This document shows, piece by piece, positions 58,054 to 64,000 of a stretch of 64,000 nucleotides of DNA. Position numbers and translations under genes: made by a program. Source of the stretch: Chrysomallon squamiferum (taxonomy: Eukaryota > Animalia > Mollusca); assembly GCA_012295275.1 (NCBI GenBank), contig CM022668.1, positions 12,710,001 to 12,774,000 on the forward strand, read 5' to 3'. Below the pieces are notes generated by a model that was not told the DNA's origin, searched no databases, and saw only the letters and a program-made list of their open reading frames with translations. The first letter of the stretch is position 1; every line of letters starts with the position of its first letter.

Positions 58054-58785
58054 AAACAGTTTCAGCATTTTGGTTACAAGTAACGTTTAGTGTTGTGTAG
58101 AGTTAAACAATTTCAGCATTATGATTACAAGTAACGTTTAGTGTTGTATAGAGTTAAACAATTTCACATTTTGATTACAAGTAATGTTTAGTGTTGTGTA
58201 GAGTTAAACAGTTTCAGCATTATGATTACAAGTAACGTTTAGTGTTATATAGAGTTAAACAGTTTCAGCATTTTGATTACAAGTAACGTTTAGTGTTATA
58301 CAGAGTTAAATACATTCAGCATTTTGATTAAACAGTTTCAAACAATTTCAGTATTTTGATTACAAGTAACATTTAGTGTTGTGTAGAGTTAAACAGTTTC
58401 AGCATTTTGATTACAAGTAACGTTTAGTGTTGTATAGAGTTAAACAGTTATAGCATTATGATTACAAGTAACGTTTAGTGTTGTATAGAGTTAAACAGTT
58501 TCAGCATTTTGATTACAAGTAACGTTTAGTGTTATATAGAGTTAAACAGTTTCAGCATTTTCATTACAAGTAATGTTTAGTGTTATATAGAGTTAAAAAC
58601 ATTCAGCATTTTGATTACAAGTAACGTTTAGTGTTGTATAGAGTTAAACAGTTTCAGCATTATGATTACAAGTAACATTTAGTGTTGTATAGAGTTAAAC
58701 AGTTTCAGCATTATGATTACAAGTAACGTTTAATGTTATATAGAGTCAAACAGTTTCAGCATTTTGATTACAAGTAATATTTAGT
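58054..58785. repeat. 51-bp intronic minisatellite, about 14 copies (AAACAGTTTCAGCATTTTGATTACAAGTAACGTTTAGTGTTGTATAGAGTT)
   Basis: Highly homogeneous tandem units. Confidence 0.95.
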
Positions 58786-59036
58786 ATATTTAACAACAGA
58801 TATAATTCAGTAATTTTCTCCTTTCATTCACTGGAACATTTTTTTTTTTCTTTACATTCCAACTACTAATAAACTTTGAACTTTCATATATATAAAAAAA
58901 AAAAATGCAATTCAATTAAGTTTCATATTTTTATGTTAAAATAAATTGTAGAATACTGACATTTTCAAACCTATAGTTTATAAATTTTAATTCAGTTTAT
59001 TTTAAAAACACTCCCTTTATTATTATATTGTTATTA

Positions 59037-59082
<46 letters not shown>

Positions 59083-59225
59083 AACTGTTATTGCTGCAAC
59101 AACTACCACTGTTACTACTATTACTATTTTTGTTATTGTTATTATTATTATTACTGTGTTATTACTACTAATACACTTATTATTATTACTGTTACTATTA
59201 CTATCATTATCACTATCACTATCAC

Positions 59226-59305
<80 letters not shown>

Positions 59306-59377
59306 GTTATTATTATTATTACTATATTATTATTCCAGATAAATACAATGTCAGACTGTTTTATTTAAACATTTCAG

Positions 59378-59505
59378 GATTTTCTACAGAAGATCATGCG
59401 ACTGTTGGAGAGTCCATCAACAATCATCAGAGCGAAAGCTTTTCTTGTTTTGTATCATTTCATCAGAAACAACACTGACATCCTTCTCAACAGCTGCCAG
59501 GCCAG
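59378..59505 (+). CDS. ULK4: ULK4 exon 18 (DFLQKIMRLLESPSTIIRAKAFLVL…SCQAR)
   Basis: RLLxSPSTxIRAKAFLV; phase 0-2. Confidence 0.93.
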
Positions 59506-59884
59506 GTATACAACTTACTTCTTTCTTAAGTTATTTTATAGTTGCTGTTACGTGTATGTATGTATGTATTATTTTTAAAACAACAGTGATATATTTCTCA
59601 ACAGTTACCAGGCTAGGTACACAACTTATTTCTTTCTTAAGTTATTTTATAGTTGCTGTTATGTGTATGTGTGTATTATTTTTAAAACAAACACTGATAT
59701 ACTTCTCGAGAGTTGCCTCACCTGGTTTTTATCTTCTTTTTTTCTTTAATTATTTTATATTTGCTGTTATATCTGTGTTTTTTATTTTTAAAACAACAAT
59801 GTTTTGAAAAGAAGTTATTCTAAGTTTTTTTTTTTTTTTTTAAAATTATTTTATATTTCTGATTAAAGATATGTTTATCTTTTA

Positions 59885-59915
<31 letters not shown>

Positions 59916-59954
59916 TTACTATTTATTTATTTATTTATTTTTTTTAAAGTAAAA

Positions 59955-60325
59955 CCAGTTTAAAATATGTTTACTTCCAGCAAGATCAATTTAAAATATC
60001 TTTACTTCCAGGAAGATCAATTTAAAATATCTTTACTTCCAGCAAGATCAATTTAAAATATCTTTACTTCCAGGAAGATCAATTTAAAATATCTTTACTT
60101 CCAGCAAGATCAATTTAAAATATCTTTTCAATTTACTATGTTTACAAGAAAATTTAAAATTTAAAATATCTTTACTTGCCGAAAGAAAAATTTAATATAT
60201 CTTTTCTTACAGTAAGATCTATACAAAATATGTTTACTTGCAGAAAGAACCATTTAAAATATCTTTTCTTGCAGGAAGAATAGTTTAAAATATCTTTACT
60301 TGCAGCAAGATCAATTTAAAATACC
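59955..60325. repeat. 31-bp intronic minisatellite (TTTAAAATATCTTTACTTCCAGCAAGATCAA), about 11 copies
   Basis: Tandem units, degenerating toward the 3' end. Confidence 0.9.
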
Positions 60326-60428
60326 ACATTCTGTCTGTTTTTCATTTTCTAATATATTTTAATAGACAGCCTTTTTTCAGAACTCAGAATCATCAAAGAT
60401 TGAACAGCAGTTCAGTTTGTTGTTTTAG

Positions 60429-60571
60429 ATTGGTCATGTACATTGAGAGAGACAGCAGACGGCAAACCCCTAGGGAACCAAGGGCAGACAACCAGGAATC
60501 GTGGACATTCATGACTCAATGTCTGGAGTTACTTGTCAACCATATTGTCAGTGCAGTACCAGCAATATTTA
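60429..60571 (+). CDS. ULK4: ULK4 exon 19 (LVMYIERDSRRQTPRE…VPAIF)
   Basis: LVMYIERDSR signature; phase 2-1. Confidence 0.93.
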
Positions 60572-60958
60572 GTAAGAGGATTTGTTTTTTAAACTTTAGT
60601 TCTTGTTTAAGGTAAAAATTCAAATTGGTAATGAGACCAGATTTCAATATATACATGTTTGTTTCAGGTGTTTTTTTTTCATTTTCTTTTTTTAATATAT
60701 ATATATATATTTTTATTTTTATTCAATTTATTTTATTTTAAATTTTCCAAACATTATTTTAACAAACTTTTTCTAATATATTCATTTTATAATGATTTTT
60801 ATTATTAATTAATAAATTTATTCACATAAATCTTTAAAACATATTTCAAGAACATTTTAACAGCTCTTGATTTCAGTGGGAACCATTATTGTAATCCGTC
60901 GGTAATGATTGTCAAGTGAAATAGCTCAAAACTAAATGCCTTAATTTTGATCTTTCAG

Positions 60959-61182
60959 CACATTTTAACAGGTTTGTGCATATGGATTTAGGAAACATCC
61001 CTGCAGTACAAGTTAAACAGCCAGGTTTGTACCCTGCCTCACTTACCAATCTTCCTGCACCTAGTTACCAGCCAGGTTTGTACAGTCTGCCTCATTTACC
61101 AATATTCCTTCATCTAGTTACCAGACCAGGTTTGTACAGTCTGCCTCATTTACCAATATTCCTTCACCTAGTTACCAGCCAG
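60959..61182 (+). CDS. ULK4: ULK4 exon 20, disrupted or ambiguous (contains RKHP, AVQVKQ and LPHLPIFLHLVTSQ in shifting frames)
   Basis: Acceptor TTTCAG at 60958. The conserved motifs lie in different frames. One open phase 1-0 path exists, ending at the donor at 61183. Confidence 0.5.
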
Positions 61183-61450
61183 GTTTGTACATCTGCCTCA
61201 TTTACCAATATTCCTGCACCTAGTAACCAGCCAGGTTTGTACAGTCTGCCTCATTTACCAATATTCCTGCACCTAGTTACCAGCTAGGTTTGTACAGTCT
61301 GCCTCATTTAATGGTATTCCTGCACCTAGTTACCAGACAGGTTTGTATATCTGCCTCATTTAATGGTATTCCTGCACCAATTTCGTTTCACATAATCTTA
61401 CACCTATCTCATTATCAAATATTCCTACACTTAATTATCAGTCAGTTTTC
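61021..61450 (+). repeat. 51-54-bp tandem repeat of the exon-20 3' end plus donor (CCAG|GTTTGTACAGTCTGCCTCATTTACCAATATTCCTGCACCTAGTTACCAG), 7-8 copies
   Basis: Unit starts at 61021, 61072, 61126, 61179, 61231, 61284, 61337, plus a decayed copy. Confidence 0.9.
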
Positions 61451-61588
61451 TACATCTCCCTTGTTTGCATGTATTTCTACATATAGATACCATTATTTTC
61501 TGTTTTATGTCATGCTGCCATTACTGAAATGAAATTATATTGCTGTTTATAAGGAATTTTCTTCTAAAAAGTCAAATGAAATTTTCAG

Positions 61589-61697
61589 GTTTTCCGGAGT
61601 CGAATAATGAATGAGGAGTTTGTTAAAAATCTCGGCAGACTTTTGGTGCATGTTAACAGCATTGAGTCCGGACAAACAAACATTGAGTCAGCCTCAG
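61589..61697 (+). CDS. ULK4: ULK4 exon 21 (VFRSRIMNEEFVKNLG…SIESGQTNIESAS)
   Basis: VFR…EEF…SGxTNI; phase 0-1. Confidence 0.92.
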
Positions 61698-63809
61698 GTA
61701 ATCATTTATTCATTTATTTATTTATCTATTTATTTATTTATTTATTCATTCATTTATTCGTTTAATTTCATCACTACAGTGTTTAGAGTAATTCACATTC
61801 GTGATATTGCACAGTTCAGCTTATTGTCCAAAATTTGGCATGTTTTAAACTTTGAATTCATTTGTCAATAAATTATTTTTTTAAATTTTACAGGTAAGTG
61901 ATTTTAGATAAGCAACATTTTGGGGGGTTATTATGTACCTGTGATTTTATGTTATTAATGTGTGTCTTGGTATATCACGTGTTAGTATTATCACTCTCTC
62001 AATCTGTTATCTCTCGTTCTTTCTTTCTTTTTCTCTTTCTGTTTATCTGTCTCTATCTTTCTTTCTGTTACCTCTCTTTCTTTCTCTCTTAATCTCTTTC
62101 TCTGTCTCTTTCTCTCTTTCTGTTTCTTCTTTCTCTATTAATCTCTTTCTCTGTCTCTTTCTCTCTTTCTGTTTCTTTTTTCTCTCTCGCCCTCTGTCTG
62201 TATATCTCTGTCTTTCACTTTCTGTCTCTCTGTCAGTCCCTCCTTTATTTTTAATTTGTATCTACACAAACACACACATGTTTAAAATAATTCTATTTAG
62301 TTTATAAGTAAATTTTTGTCTTTTGCATGTGACACAACAGACAAAATGAAAGGTAAACCCTTTCTAGCACTGATTTGTTGTCTTTGTGCTTCTGTGTTTT
62401 TTTCAAGGCACTCTATTGAAAATATTCATAGACTATCATATACAAATTTCATAGAGTTAGATCTTTTTAAGAGAAAGTCTTTAAAAAAAATGATATCTAA
62501 AATAATTATTGTAAAGTATAAATGACTTAGATCCATTTAGATTGATGAATTTTTACATGTTTTCCAGGATATTTAAATAATAAATAAATAAATAAATAAA
62601 AAAAATTATGCTCAAAGTCAACATAATATAAATTTATACTTATTATAAACCATAAAACAGGTTAGAAAGATCTTTGTAGTTGGTATAAATTTCTGAAATT
62701 TTGGATACAGTACCTTCAGTTTCCAGAAAGTGGATACAATATCTTTAATTTATATATAGCATATAGAATGCCTTCAATTCTTATAAAATAAATACAGTGC
62801 TTTTAACTTCTAATTTTCCTTATCTCAGAATAGATATACAGACATCTTCTTTTATTGTTGCCTCAGTCTTTTATGACTTTTTGCTGATCTGTTTATCCCA
62901 TTCTAGACAAAAAGTGTTCTTTTGCTTTTGCTCTTTTATCTGTGTTTTATAAGCCACTTAATTTAAATTAGAACAGAGCTATTTGTAATTAGTAAGTAAA
63001 AGATAATTAACAGCATATGAAATTTTTAAATATTTAGAGCAGGATTTAGGATTTGAACACAGAGCCTAGAGAATGCTACTCAGTGCATAGGATTAGCATA
63101 TACTGTATAGTAATAATAAAAAAATAAAAATCCTATTGTATATATATATATTTTTGTTATCATCATCATTGTTATTAAAATTCTTTCATTCAGTTTTGAT
63201 ACCCTTGTCTATATTTAGTTTTTTTTAGAATATGTCACATTAAAATATTAAAGGGAAAAAAATTGCTTGCCTTTTTATTAGCTTTTACTTATTTTAATGT
63301 GTGGTGTTTTTCTAATTTAAAAGTTTCACATATTTTCAGCTTTTAAAATAATTTATGACTAATCAAAAACAGCAAGGATATGCAATATAGTAATTACATA
63401 TAATTAAAAAAAAAATTAATAATAAATGAGAAATACAGTTTTTATTTATGATATATTTTATATTATTTTTATTGTTATTTTGTTATTATTATTATTTTTT
63501 TTTATATAATCAAAGAATTTTAAAATTTATATATTTTATCAGGAGGGTTAAAATATATTTGGATAAAGTTAAACTTTAAAAAATTATATTTAATCATTGT
63601 TAATTTTTTGTTTTTATTCATTTTTTTAATTATTAGTTTAAAAATAATAAAAGAAATAATTTCATAATATACATTTATTTTATTTTATTTATTTATTTTC
63701 ACTTTTTATTATTATTATTATTATTTTTTTTTTTTTTTTTATTTTTTGTTATTGTTGTTTATGTGTATAAATTAATACAATTTTGATTTTAATTTTTGTT
63801 AATTTTCAG

Positions 63810-63956
63810 CTTCTATTGGAGTTGGAGAGTTTGTTACCACGGTGATGTCAATACTGGAGGGGATATCCCAGCATCCCACTCTGCTTATAGAACATCATGG
63901 AACCATCATGGAAACCATCTTACCAACACTAGCAGCACTCATGAATTGTCAGAATG
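63810..63956 (+). CDS. ULK4: ULK4 exon 22 (SIGVGEFVTTVMSILEGISQHPTLL…ILPTLAALMNCQN); gene continues beyond the window
   Basis: Phase 1-1; GTGAGA donor; no stop reached. Confidence 0.92.
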
Positions 63957-64000
63957 GTGAGAAATTCTAAAATGATAAAATTTAGCCTATGATATGAAAT

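Noticed and set aside
58054-58785. 51-bp (17-codon) repeat as a coding repeat or CRISPR
   Set aside because: It is intronic, indels break the frame, there are no spacers, and exons 17 and 18 join in phase without it

Overview
Eukaryotic (animal) genomic DNA, very AT-rich and saturated with micro- and minisatellites. The composition is typical of a lophotrochozoan or mollusc, but the taxon is only an inference. Two spliced protein-coding genes can be reconstructed by hand, arranged head-to-head about 3 kb apart. (1) On the + strand, ULK4 (Unc-51-like pseudokinase 4) starts at ATG 47229 and has 22 coding exons to 63956 with GT-AG junctions and consistent phases, continuing past the window end. 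Exon 20 (about 60959-61182) is scrambled by frameshifts and a tandem amplification of its own 3' end and donor site. (2) On the - strand, an unnamed 362-aa type-I membrane protein (44234->39926, 6 coding exons) has a signal peptide, three thrombospondin type-1-like domains, one TM helix and a cytoplasmic tail of 11-residue repeats. I found no coding exons in 1-39 kb; nearly all ORF-track entries there are microsatellite translations. That region splits into a CpG-poor part (about 1-17 kb) and a CpG-retaining domain (about 17.5-38.7 kb) with promoter- or enhancer-like islands rich in E-box, PAR-bZIP and CRE motifs. No CRISPR array, rRNA, intact tRNA or transposase was found. I cannot demonstrate a wholly new system. 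The best leads are the orphan TSP1 membrane protein beside ULK4, the intact DFG of this ULK4, the recurrent tandem duplications spanning splice junctions, and a repeat-spacer-like array at 9.5-10 kb.
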